Both the position numbers and the translations under genes were made by a program. Shown here piece by piece: positions 26,953-39,300 of a stretch of DNA of 64,000 bases; the stretch's first letter is position 1; each line of letters opens with the position of its first letter. Under the pieces are notes generated by a model. That model was not told the origin of the DNA. It ran no database searches and saw only the letters and a list, made by a program, of their open reading frames with translations. This DNA is from Callorhinchus milii (Eukaryota): the NCBI RefSeq assembly GCF_018977255.1, contig NW_024704743.1:1302001-1366000 (forward strand), in the 5' to 3' direction.

Positions 26953-27480
26953 GTAATGATAATAATCCTCGCCTTCGGATCGGCGCCTGGTCACGTGGCT
27001 GAAACGCCTCAAAGCGCTTCGCAGAACACACCGTGAAGTGCAGTGACTGTATATTTCGCGGGCGGGCAGCGTCTCCCCCCCCCCCACCCCCCCCCACAAA
27101 CAGCCGTGGACGGAGTGACCCAATTATCTCTTTCACACACACACACATATATATATATATGTATATATATGTATATATGTATATATGTATATATATATAT
27201 AGGGCTTATTAACCCCAGAAAGCGTGGGGTATGAGTGGGTCGGTGAGGCTCTGGGGCCCCGAAAGGATTTGTGGGCAAAGGGTGAGGGAAAACGAGAGGA
27301 AAAGGAAAGTTGTATTTGTTGAGGAGGCCCCCGCCCCCCGGGTAAGTTACGTTTGCAGACATGTTTTCTTAAAAAGGGTTTAAAAATACGACGCGGACAC
27401 CGAGGAGAGGAGAGGAGGGGAACTGGAAATGGCTGCGGTCCTGACAGTGGGGGTTAACCCCGTCCGCACCCCTCAAACTG
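25880..27480. promoter_or_regulatory. CpG-island-like region, largely SINE-derived
   Basis: Very high CpG density. Degenerate SINE motifs are visible (cacgtcgtcgagacgtctc, gggctcgaacccacgacc, taataataatcctcgc). Confidence 0.55.
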
Positions 27481-27539
27481 AGGCCACAGAATAAATCCTC
27501 CACAGACAACATACACAGGAACACAGCAATGGCAAATCC

Positions 27540-28150
27540 TTCCCCACCCCCCCCCCCACCCCACCCTCTCTCTCTCCCCCCCTTCTCTCCCCCCTCTCTC
27601 CCCCCCAACTCTCTCTCCCCCCCAACTCTCTCTCCCCTCCCACTCTCTCTCTCCCCCCACACTCTCTCTCCCCCCCACACTCTCTCTCCCCCCCACACTC
27701 TCTCTCCCCCCCCACACTCTCTCCCCCCACTCTCTCCCCCCCACTCTCTCCCCCCCACTCTCTCCCCCCCCCCCCAATCTCTCCTCCCCCCCACTCTCTC
27801 CCCCCCCACTCTCTCCCCCCCCCAATCTCTCCTCCCCCCCCACTCTCCCCCCCCCCACTCTCTCCCACCCCTCTCTCCCCCCCCATCTCTCCTCCCCCAC
27901 CACTCTCCCCCCCCACTCTCTCCCCCCCCCCTCCCCCCCCAATCTCTCTCCCCACCCACTCTCCCCCCCCACTCTCTCTCCCCCCCTCCTCTCCAGTCTC
28001 TTCCCCCCTACCTCCCCCCCACTCTCTCCCCCCCACCTCTCTCCCACCCCCTCCACACTCTCCCCCTCCCTCCAGTCTCTCCCCCCCACCTCTCTCCCAC
28101 CCCTCCACTCTCTCCCCCCTCCCCCCCAGTCTCTCCCCCCCTTCTCTCCC
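27540..28150 (+). repeat. C-rich low-complexity array (CCCCCCACTCTCT-like)
   Basis: Direct inspection; G-rich on the minus strand. Confidence 0.95.
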
Positions 28151-28756
28151 CCATAATTACACGATAGACTGTGCACTTATGCAAAAAGTCAAGTTTACAA
28201 TGAAGTGTGTGTGTTTGGGAGGGGGAGGGAGGGGTGAGGGGAGGGAGGGGTGAGGGGGAGGGAGGGGGGGAGGGGGAGTGGAGGGGGGGAGGGGGGAGGG
28301 GGGAGGGAGAGGGGAGGGGGGGAGGAAAAAAGGGGAACAACAATTTGCAAAATATATAAATGCATTATTTTATACACATATATATATCAATTAATTAATT
28401 GCAGAGAGAAAAAAATGCAGAGACTTACCCACCTGAGGGGGGACCACAACCCCGAGAGAGAGAGGGGGTTTCAGTGCAACTCATGTAGTGTCTGTCCCCC
28501 CCACCACCTGCCAGAGGGGGGGAGAGGTTTGGGGGTTCAGGGGGTAAAGAGAGAGAGAGATAGAGTGGGGTTTGGGGGTAAAGATGAACTCAGGGAATCA
28601 CTGCCTCTGGTCTTTGTTTGTCAGAACCTTTGTACCTAAACTTTCCACCAAAGTTTTGGAGACTTCATTTCCGCATTGTTCATGTGGAGCCCTTTAAACG
28701 CCAATCTCCAAACTCCGGGAGGGACGGAGTGCGGTTACAGAGGCTCTGCCCCTCAC

Positions 28757-30572
28757 TGTGCTCACTCTCACCCTCTCACTCTCACTCACTCACTCTCTCT
28801 CTCTCACTCACTCACTCACTCACACACTCACTCACTCTCACACTCACTCACTCTCACTCACTCACTCTCTCTCTCTCACTCACTCACTCACTCTCACTCA
28901 CTCACTCACTCTCACTCTCTCTCTCTCACTCACTCACTCTCACCCTCTCACTCTCACTCACTCACTCTCTCTCTCTCACTCACACACTCACTCACTCACT
29001 CTCTCACTCACTCACTCTCTCTCACTCACACACTCACTCACTCTCTCTCTCTCACTCTCTCTCTCTCACTCACTCACTCACTCTCACTCACTCACTCTCA
29101 CTCACTCTCTCACTCACTCACTCACTCACTCACTCACTCACTCACTCACACTCACTCACTCTCACCCTCTCTCACTCACTCACTCACTCTCACCCTCTCT
29201 CACTCACTCACTCACTCACTCACTCTCTCTCTCTCTCTCTCTCACTCACTCACTCACACTCACTCACTCACTCACTCACTCACACTCACTCACTCACTCA
29301 CTCACTCACACTCACTCACTCACTCACTCACTCTCACTCACTCACTCACACTCACCCTCACTCACTCACTCACTCTCACCCTCTCTCACTCACTCACACT
29401 CACTCTCTCACTCACTCACACTCACTCTTTCTCTCTCTCTCTCTCACTCACTCACTCACTCTCACCCTCTCTCACTCACTCACTCTCACCCTCTCTCACT
29501 CACTCACTCACTCACTCACTCTCTCTCTCTCTCTCACTCACTCACTCTCACTCTCACCCTCTCTCACTCACTCACACTCACTCACTCTCTCACTCACACT
29601 CACTCACTCACACACTCACTCACTCACTCTCACCCTCTCTCACTCTCTCTCTCTCACTCACTCACTCTCACCCTCTCTCACTCACTCACTCTCACCCTCT
29701 CTCACTCACTCTCACTCACACTCTCACTCACTCTCTCACTCTCACTCACACACTCACTCACACTCACTCTCTCACTCACCCTCTCTCACTCACACTCACT
29801 CACTCACTCACTCACTCTCACTCACTCTCTCACTCACTCTCACTCACACTCTCACTCACTCACTCACTCACTCTCACTCACTCACTCACACTCACTCACT
29901 CACTCACTCTCACTCACACACTCTCACTCACACACTCACTCACTCTCACTCTCACTCCCTCTCACTTACTCACTCATTCACTCTCTCACTCACTCACACA
30001 CTCACTCTCACTCACACACTCACTCTCACTTACTCACACACTCACTCTCTCTCACTCACACTCACTCACTCACTCACTCTCTCATTTACTCTCTCACTCA
30101 CTCACACACTCACTCTCACTCACACGCTCACTCACTCACTCTCACTCACTCACACACTCTCACTCACTCACTCTCACACACTCACTCACTCATTCACTCT
30201 CACTCACTCACTCACACACTCACTCATTCACTCACTCACACACACTCACTCACTCACACACTCTCACACACACACTCACTCTCACTCACACACTCACTCA
30301 CTCACACTCATTACTCATTCTCACTACTCACATACTCTCATATTCACATACTCACTCTCATACTTACACACTCACTCACTCTACTTACACTCACTACTCA
30401 TACTCACTACTCACACACTCGCTCTCATTCTCACTCATACTCACACTCACTCACTCACTCACTCTCACTACTCACTCATGCTCACACTCACTCACACTCA
30501 CTCACTCAATCACGCACACTCACATACTCACTCACGCTCACTCATTCTCTCACACTCACTCACACACACACT
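28757..30572 (+). repeat. About 1.8-kb imperfect (CTCA)n array
   Basis: Direct inspection; degenerates toward the right end. Confidence 0.97.
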
Positions 30573-30614
30573 CAGCGCTTGTTTTGCCGACGAAAGAAGA
30601 CTAAGGTCCATCTA

Positions 30615-31040
30615 TAATACTAACAATCCTTACGTCTGACACAGCGCCTCATCACATCTTCGAGACCCGTCAAAGCGCTTCACAGAATATACTGTAAAGC
30701 GAATTGACTGCATATTTTTGTGGGAGAAACCAACTGTGTACAGCAGCGTCCCCACAAAGAGTCCTGGATTAAGGGACCAATTTATTATTATTATTTTTTT
30801 TCAAAGGAATTATTACCCTCAGAAAACTGATCCGCCAATCGACCAACAACCGGGTTCCTGCCGACTGCTGGTAAACAGAGGCGCGCGTGTGTGTGTGTGT
30901 GTGGTGTGTGTGTGTGTGTGTGTGTGTGTGTGGAGTGAGGAAACTTACCCAACGTTTCACTCCGACCTGCCCGGGAATCAAACCCGGGACCTCTCGCTCG
31001 CGAGGCGAGAGCTCTAACCCCTGAGCTCCAGGGACTCCAG
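30615..31040 (-). mobile_element. SINE family A copy
   Basis: Complete head-to-tail match to family A. Confidence 0.85.
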
Positions 31041-32089
31041 TTCTAGTTCGCCTTCCACCATCTTGGCAGTCGCTTGACATGTACTGTATATATATACTGT
31101 AACCCCAGATATTATTTTCTAGCAGCAATCTATCTAATTTGTTCTTGAAACAAATAATATTCTCTGCTTCCCCGGGGGGGGCTGTTAACAATAATAATCC
31201 TTGCGCTTGATATAGCGCCTTATCCATGGACTCCTGTAGCGTATTGGTTAGAGCACTCGCCTCGCGAGGCTTAGGACCTGGATTGGATTCCGGGGCAGGG
31301 CGAGAGCTTCGGCAAGTTTACTTACTCCACACACCTCTGGTTACGGGACTACTACGAGAATAGAACCTTATCACGTCGTTGAGATGTTTTACCGCACTTC
31401 ACAGAACATACTGTACATTGTCTGTGTATTTTGTGGGCGAAACGCGGCGGCCAATTGCACACAGCGGCGTCTCCACAAACCGTCGTGGATTGAGTGTCCG
31501 AACTGCTGTGACAGCGTTAAACGTCTCTCAGTCGGAAGTTGGGTCAATTTTCTCGTTCATATTTTGGAAACTTTCACTTTATCTGAGAAAGTGCAAATAA
31601 TTGTGTTTATTTCAGTCTATTGACACTCACACACACACACACACACATAAAATACACATATACTGACGCAAAGAAAACACGCGGACTCAAAGAGAGCGCA
31701 CACACACACACACACACACCCACACCCGCAGACATATTACACACAGAGAGAAAACGGAAAATCCATACGCAGGCAGAGCGCACGTGTGCACACAAAGATG
31801 GACACACGTACCCGCAGAGACCGCACCGCACAGAGAACACACACAGACACACGCGCACACGTACAAGACGTGATAAGGCGCTATATCGAATGGAAGGATT
31901 ATTAATTAATACTTTATTCCTTAGCGCCAGGGACACCACACCGACCGGATGGTTACGAGCTCCTCTGCGCCTGTTCCCTCTAGTGGATTAGTGAGAGCAT
32001 CTCAGTGTCGCTGGTTAAAGTGGGACGTCAATGTTGCTCGAGGGGCCCTATGTAAAATGCAAGTTGTTGCTCATCACTTGTGACTATCG

Positions 32090-32420
32090 GGAGTTCAGTA
32101 GCTCAGTGGTTAGAGCCCTCGCCTCGCGAGCGAGAAAACCTGGGCTTGATTCTGGGCAGAGCAAAACCTTAGGCAAGTTTCCTCACTCCACACACACACG
32201 CACACGCACACACGCACACGCGCCTCCGTTTACCTCACGGTAAGTAGGAACCCGGTTTGTTAGTCGATTGGCGGATCGCTTTTGCTCGGCTGCCGCGTTT
32301 CGCCCACAAAGTACACAGTCAATCCACTTTACGGTGCATCCCGTGAAGCGCTTTGAGACGTGTCAGCGACGTGATCAGGCGCCGTGTCAAACGCCGGGAT
32401 TATTATTATTATTATTATTA
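32090..32420 (+). mobile_element. SINE family A copy
   Basis: tRNA-like head, CA linker, (TTA)n tail. Confidence 0.85.
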
Positions 32421-32554
32421 TTCGCCACGGAGTGGGAGGTAAACCGGGGGGGGGGTCCCAGTTGGGAGCTGAATCGGCCTCCTCGGGGGTGGAGCCGCCA
32501 AGTTCAGAGCACTCGCCGCACACCGCATTGCCCACAGACTGAAGCACGAACAAC

Positions 32555-33254
32555 AGACCACAGTTTACGAGGTGTTTAATATGTGTAATATACACACACA
32601 AAGCAATCGGCCATTTCAACAATGGCTCGTCTTTCAATACATTTTAAACCTTTTAATATGGACCCTCTAAAAACAGGGAGGGCGTGGGGGGGGGGGGGGG
32701 GGGAAGGGGGGGTATTGAGGAGGGGAGGGGAGTAAGGGCGGGTGGGGGTAAACTGAACACAAAAAAACTTAACATAGGGCAAATCTAACGTATGAAAATT
32801 TTCGCCTTCTCATTCAACTACGACAGAAGAACGCAGTTAAGTACAGTACCTATTAAATGTAAATTTTATTGCTTGCTTACAAAAACGCAGATACAAATTG
32901 CATTTTCTCTCCGGGTAAGAAACGCCGAAGAGAGTAGGGTCGATGTCCATTATATTTGGGGGGGGGGGGGGGGGTGGAAAAAGAAAAGTGTGGGGTTCGG
33001 GGAACGAAGAAAATAATATCTTTTTGATAAAGTATTTATTTCTGCCGCACGTTTCTTTTTTTTTGTCGCTTGAAACGCAGGTGGTCAAAGCGATGGCTTC
33101 GGACCCGTCAGCCCTTCAATAAATAAAGATGTGAATCTGTGCAGAAAGTCTTTTCCCGCGCGCACACGCAAAAAAAAAACCCCACACGAAAAGGGGGGGT
33201 GGTGGGGGGGTGGGATGGGGGTGGGGGAAAAAAAATCAAGGGACTTATGCTTCA
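32555..33254 (-). terminator. NKTR 3' UTR with candidate polyadenylation signals
   Basis: Minus-strand AATAAA at 33035-33040 and 32865-32870. ATTAAA at 32575-32580 is followed by a GT-rich element (tgtggtctgttgttcgtg). Confidence 0.6.
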
Positions 33255-33354
33255 TCAGCTGTATCTGCTGCTCTCACTGTGGCTCCGATGGCGGGAATAA
33301 CTCCGTTCACTCCGGCTGTACGAACGGTAAGATCGGTAGCTCCGGCTTCTGCTT
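33255..33354 (-). CDS. NKTR: NKTR terminal coding exon (…SERSYSRHRSHSESSRYS*)
   Basis: ctccag acceptor; tandem TGA TGA stops; C-terminus matches recalled human SESSRYS. Confidence 0.95.
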
Positions 33355-36300
33355 CTGGAGAGAAAATAATAATAATAATAATAATTATAATAATAATCCT
33401 TGCGATTGAGATAGCGCCTCATCACGTCTTTGTGACGTTTCAAAGCGAACTGACCGAAGAGGAAGGTCTTTAGACGGGGGAACCGAGCTGGGTCAGGAGG
33501 GCGGGGGGGGGGGGGGGGGGGGGGCGCGGCCCGAAGGAGCGGGCGAAGAGGAAGGTCTTTAGACGGGACTGGAAGGAGGCGAGAGAGGGGGTGAGGCCGA
33601 GGGATTGCGGGATAGAGTTCCGGAGTGCGGGGGCAGAGAGCCTGAATGCCTGAGTGGCAAAGGTGGGGGAAGAAGTGCGGGGGTCCCGAAGCAGGAGGGA
33701 GGGAGCGGACAGGCTGATTTGGGGTTGGGAGGTCGGGGGGTGGGGGGGTGAACGGAGCAAGACCCCCGAGGGCCTGGATCTGTTACCTGGACCTTCGTGA
33801 CTTGTGGTGATTCCGGCTCCTGCTGTCGTAGGAATCGTAGGAGTCGGACCTGAGTCCAAAAAAAGTCACAGCATTAATACCCCACAGTCCTCCTCCTCCT
33901 CCAAACGTTCACATCAGCCGCAGAGTGACCCACACACACACCCACACACAGCTACACCCACACCTACCCACACACACACTCACCCCCATACACCCACACT
34001 CACACCGACACACACCTACACCCACACACACACCTACACCCACACACCCCTACACCCACCCACACACCTACCCCCATACACCCACACACAGCTACACACA
34101 GCTACACCCACACACAGCTACACCCACACATCCCCACCCCCATACACACGCCCACACACGCACACCCATACACACACACGCACCTACACTCACACACACA
34201 CCCACAGAAACCAACCACCGCTCAGTGGTCATAAGAACCTAAGAATTTGCTGGCGAAACAAAACCAAGATCCAGCAAGTTCACCTTCCACCAGCCCGACA
34301 CGCCGTGCCCCCAAACTATCCCCTGTAGCCCCCCCACATATTACTTTCGAGCAGAAATCGATCTCATTTGTCCTTGAAACAAATTTCGCCGTCCGTCCGT
34401 CTGTCTGTCTGTCGCCCGAGGGACCGTTCCATACGTTTACTACTCGCTCACTGAAGTAGGATTTCCGCAGATTTTTTTCTGCATTTATACCCCCCGCCCC
34501 CCCCCCCCCCACCATCGCAGCTCCACGTCGCTCTCTCGATCCCCTGCTTACCTAATTCCAGGCAGTATCAGGCACAGGCTGGCAAGAGCTGAGGCTTGGC
34601 TTGTGTGTATGTGTTTGTGTGTGTTGGGGGGGGGGGGGAGGGGGGGGCTGTGGGTGGAAACGGGACCCCAGAGTGTGCTGTGCGTTTGGGAGGTAACTGC
34701 TGGTGAGTCGAGACCGGCTGAGACCTGGGTAACTTGCCTTCGAGGACCCGCCCAGCAACTCGCTCGTAAACTCGATCAGAAACAAAGTGAGTTTGGGTAC
34801 TAAGCAAACGTGGCAGCTAATCCGTGCCTGTGACGGAGGCGCAGACAAGCAGCCGACTGATGTGGGTTTGGGAATAAAATTTGGGAAGTTGAGGGGGAAG
34901 ATAAATAGAAACACAGGAACAGGAGGAGGCCATTCAGACCCTCGAGTCCGTTCTCCATTCCATTAGATCATGGCTGATCTGTACCTCAACTCCAATTACC
35001 TGCCTTTGCTCCGTGTCCCTCGATATCCTGACCTAACAAGTGTCAGTCCAGCTCAGCCTCAAGCATTTCAATTTCCACGGAACCAGCCGTAATCCACAGC
35101 CGTTTCGGGGAGGGAGAGGTTTCCTTCGGTTCCAACCCTTTGCGTGAAAAAGGTGCCTCCTGACTTCAAATCAGGATAAAGAACTGGCGATTATTTTCTG
35201 TTGATGTCCGCACAGAAGTCGCTGGGACCAGGCAGCAGGTCCGGGGCGAGGGGGAAGAATTGACTTAACGTTCCAGGTCAAGGACCTTTCGTCAGAACCT
35301 TTGCATTTCATTGAGAAGCCCTGACTACCTGGATCTGGCATTATCCCCCAAAACACACTGTCCCGGTCGCACTCGGTGAACCTCATTCCCCTGGACACGA
35401 GTGGACGGAAATATCGCCCGCAACAAACAGAGCAGTCTCCGATACGCACCTAGACCAGCAGTAGCTTCTGGAGGACAGGCTTCTAGTGAAGCTTCGACTA
35501 TAAGTTCTACTGTTTGAAGAGAGAAAGGTACAGATATCAAACTGGGGAAAGGTGTGGTCTCCTGAGGCTCCCTCCCCTTGCTCCAGACCCTGCCTCGTTT
35601 ATTCTCACTGCTTCTACTACTTTTAAAGCCCACCCCCCCCACCCGTTGTGCTCCCCACTACCTCCGCGACCACTTCACCCCCCACCCCCCCTACCAGCCT
35701 GTCCGCCCGCTCCCTCCGCTTGACCTGCTCCGTGTCGTCCCCACCGCCCCCCATCCATCTCCCTCCCTCGCTTCAAGCCCCGTCTCAAGACCTTCCCTTT
35801 TTGACCTTCCTCATCCTCCCACCCGCACTCCTCCTCCCCTCCACCCTCTTGATTCCAACCCCACAGTTCGGGTGCAAACCCTTAACTGTCCGGCGCCTTA
35901 GGATGTCCTCCTGACGTGAAACGTGCCGTGTAAATATAATTTGTTGTTGTTGTTCATGCCCCCCACCCAGCCCCACCATCGGCAGTCAGGCTTTCAGCCA
36001 TTTCTTCCCTCATTCTCTGGAACTCCACTCTCTTCAACTCGCCCCCTCCCTCACTCACCGCTTCCAAAGACCTCGTCAAGACCTACCTCTTTGACTGCCC
36101 CTTCGGTCATCCTTCTGCTCCCCACCCACCCTCAGCTCCCACCCCCAGCTCGGGTGCCAAGCCAGGACTGTTATGCGCCTTGGGACGTCCCCCCAACATG
36201 AAAGACGCTGTGTCAATTAGTATTGTATTGAACAGGCCTCCACTGCACCTCACTGTCCTAGACTCATCTCCCACCCCCACAACCTCCCCGACTCCCCACC

Positions 36301-39300
36301 CAAGGCTGGATACGGGCTCCGGGTCCTCTCCATTGCTGTTTGCCTACACAACCCACAGTCACTACACCTCACAGTAAATCTTGTGAAGCACTTTGAATCT
36401 TGTGAAGTCCTCCTGAAGTGAAAGGAACTACATCAAGTGTAGGGATTATTATTATATTATTATAATATTGTTGTTATATTATTAGTATTATATTAGTATT
36501 GTGCTATAACAATTATAGAGGTAATTTCGTAACGGTTTTGAGTCATGGTCAGCCAGACCAATAACACTGTCACTTTACATATGAATGGTTATTACTTTCC
36601 TTGATATATTTGAGCTTCCTAAAATAGCTACGATTCTAAATAGCAGGAGGTTCATATTTTGTTCACCAGGTATTTTGTCAAAGCCATTTTTGATTTTATA
36701 TATATATATATATTATACTATAATAATACGATTATAGGAACTATGTTTGTTTTTACATCACCAAATATGCATTAATAATAATAATTATTATGTTAAATAA
36801 GGTGAATGTCTATTTCCCATTGAGGGGAGGTGAAATAACAGAATAACAATCTTCGGGAGAAGCTTCTCGATCGGTTATGATACCCCCATCGTAACATAGA
36901 ATTATTACTGCACAGAAGGAGCTCTCTTTAGCCTATTGTGCCTGTGTCGGCTCTTTGGAAGAGCTACCCAATCAATCCCATTCCCCCGCTCTTTCCCCAT
37001 ATCCTTGCAATTTTCTTCCTTCACAAGTACCTATCTACTTCCCTGAAGGTTGTTACTGAATCTGTTTCAATCAGCCTTTCAGGCACTGCATTCCAGACCC
37101 TAACAACTCTCTTGTCTACGGTTGTGCTAAACACAAGAGATGGCCTTGGCAATGTGAACACTTGCCTGCAAAAAAAGACTCACTAGACTTGACAGCAGTG
37201 ATGTGAGAAGGCACTCTAAGAACTACAGGTTCTTTCTCTCTCTGTGCGGGACACAAAGCAGTCATTTTTTTTTTGAGGAAATCAGATCAGGATCAGATTT
37301 AATTGAATTTTGCGCCTTAAACCGGCTGCGGAGTTTCACTGGCACGGAAAGGATGAAGCTTCAAACTTCACTGCCTGGCCAAGCGTTCCCGCTGCGTGTC
37401 CAGCGAGGGCCACCCTCCCCGTTAGGTACCGCTTTGGCTGCGGGGTTAACAGGAGCTGAGGGGGAGGATTTCCTGTCCCCAGCGACCAGTCGGCCCCTCT
37501 AGGTCCTGCTGATGAGCCAAGCCGGGCCGGGCTGAGCTGTCATCAGTACCCTGGAATACTGCGACCCCTCCTGGCTCAACGGAACCCGGACCGGGACTAC
37601 GTTTTGCTCGTGAACACAGACTCTCAGCTGATAACCTGAGCGTAGCTTGCTGCTGAGGGGTGTTTGGGGTGGGGGGAATGGATAAAGACGGGAGCTAAAG
37701 GAATAACCCTGATCAAGCCTTCTGGGATGCTGCCGGTGTCAATTAGATACCGTGTTTGCCTTGATACTCACTCCGCTTCTGATTAATCTTATTCGGTAAA
37801 GTGCTTGTTTTTAACGTGCTGTAGATACACGAGTCGGATAGCACTGTGGGGTTCTCATTAACATCCACCGCAATCTGCTTAATGCCTCACCCAAAGGACA
37901 GCACCTGCCACCATGTGGTGTGATTTCCTCCCCCTTCTCCCCCCCACGAGCACGGCATTGGGAATGTCAGTCCTGGCAAGTGGCTCAGACCCACTGTTTA
38001 CTTTGGAGTCCCTGTAGCTCAGGGGTTAGAGCCCTCGCCTCGCAGGCGAGAGGACCCGGGTTTGATTCCCGGGCAGGTCAGGGCGAAATGTTGGGCAAGT
38101 TTCCTCACTCCACACACACACACACACACACACCCACACACACACGCGCCTCTGTTTACCGCAGTCAGTAGGAACCCGGTTGTTAGTCGATTGGTGGATC
38201 GCTTTCTGGGGGTAATAATCCCTTCAAAAACAAAACCCAATCACTCAATCCACGACTGTTTGTGGGCCCTGTTGTGCGCCCCCAAAATACACACTTTACA
38301 GTATATTCTGTGAAGCGCTTTGAGGCGTCTCAATGGCGTGATCAGGCGCTATATCAAATGCAAGGATTATTATTATTATTATAGCCTCCTGACTCAGAGG
38401 CGAGAGCCAGGCCGACACCTAGAGTTAGAAACTCTTTCCACTTCTCCTGCCAGTGTGAATCAATGCAATTCCAGCATTTAACTGTCTCCAGACAGTTGGG
38501 AGAAAAAAAATCCTGGTCCATTCAATGCTACGTATTGCAGCCAACAGAAGGAACATTTTTCTGCTCTACACTCAGCGCCAAGTCAGCTAAGAATAAACAG
38601 TGAATAAATAGCTCCTGCGATCAGATGGTGGCTGTGGCGAGGAGGGGATGAATATGTAGTAAAGCTCTGAAGAGGATCTGGTACCTAACGCAGGAAGCCG
38701 AGCTGCTCACGATCGGCTTAATTAATCTTGTTCGGGCGAACTCCAGCAGAACGCAACATCGTGGGAAAAAATACTTTCCAACATCTCATCAAAAAGCGAG
38801 CGAGCGAGTGTTCAGTATGGAGGTCAAGCTACTTAATAAACAAGTCACTACATATTTAAACAATGTAAATTAACCAATTTGGTAGGGAATGTACATACAG
38901 TATATCAGACCAATATCTGGATGCTATAAAAGGCTATCGGGGGTGGGAATGAGAGGAGAAAATAAGAGGAAACAGCCAATAAATAGTTCTTTCATTTGAT
39001 CCAGTGCTTTATCCAGGCTCCGCCACTGTTAAGCGCTCTGAGACGCTGCCCTGTGTGGAGGGCGCTATATAAGTGCAAGTTGTGGATGTTGTTTTGCTCA
39101 GGACGACGCTCCTGGACCATGGAGCACAGAGCGAGTTGGCGTTTGACAAGCGCGGACATGAACCCCCTCACGAGGTGGATTGCCAGAATAAGAAGCACTG
39201 GATCAGTGACAAGCATGATGATGATGATGATGATGATGATTATTATTGTTGTTGTTATTACCTATGGCTTCTGTAACTCCTGTAAGAGCTGCTGTGGCTT

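Noticed and set aside
28618..30639. Three ORFs of 619-673 aa rich in His/Ser/Leu/Thr
   Set aside because: They are translations of the stop-free (CTCA)n array in all three frames, not a gene.
35329..35390. Possible 62-nt exon (tccag|…CCAG|gtagtc) just downstream of the 35450 exon
   Set aside because: It would need a 59-nt intron, has a weak donor and shifts the frame; no support without RNA data.
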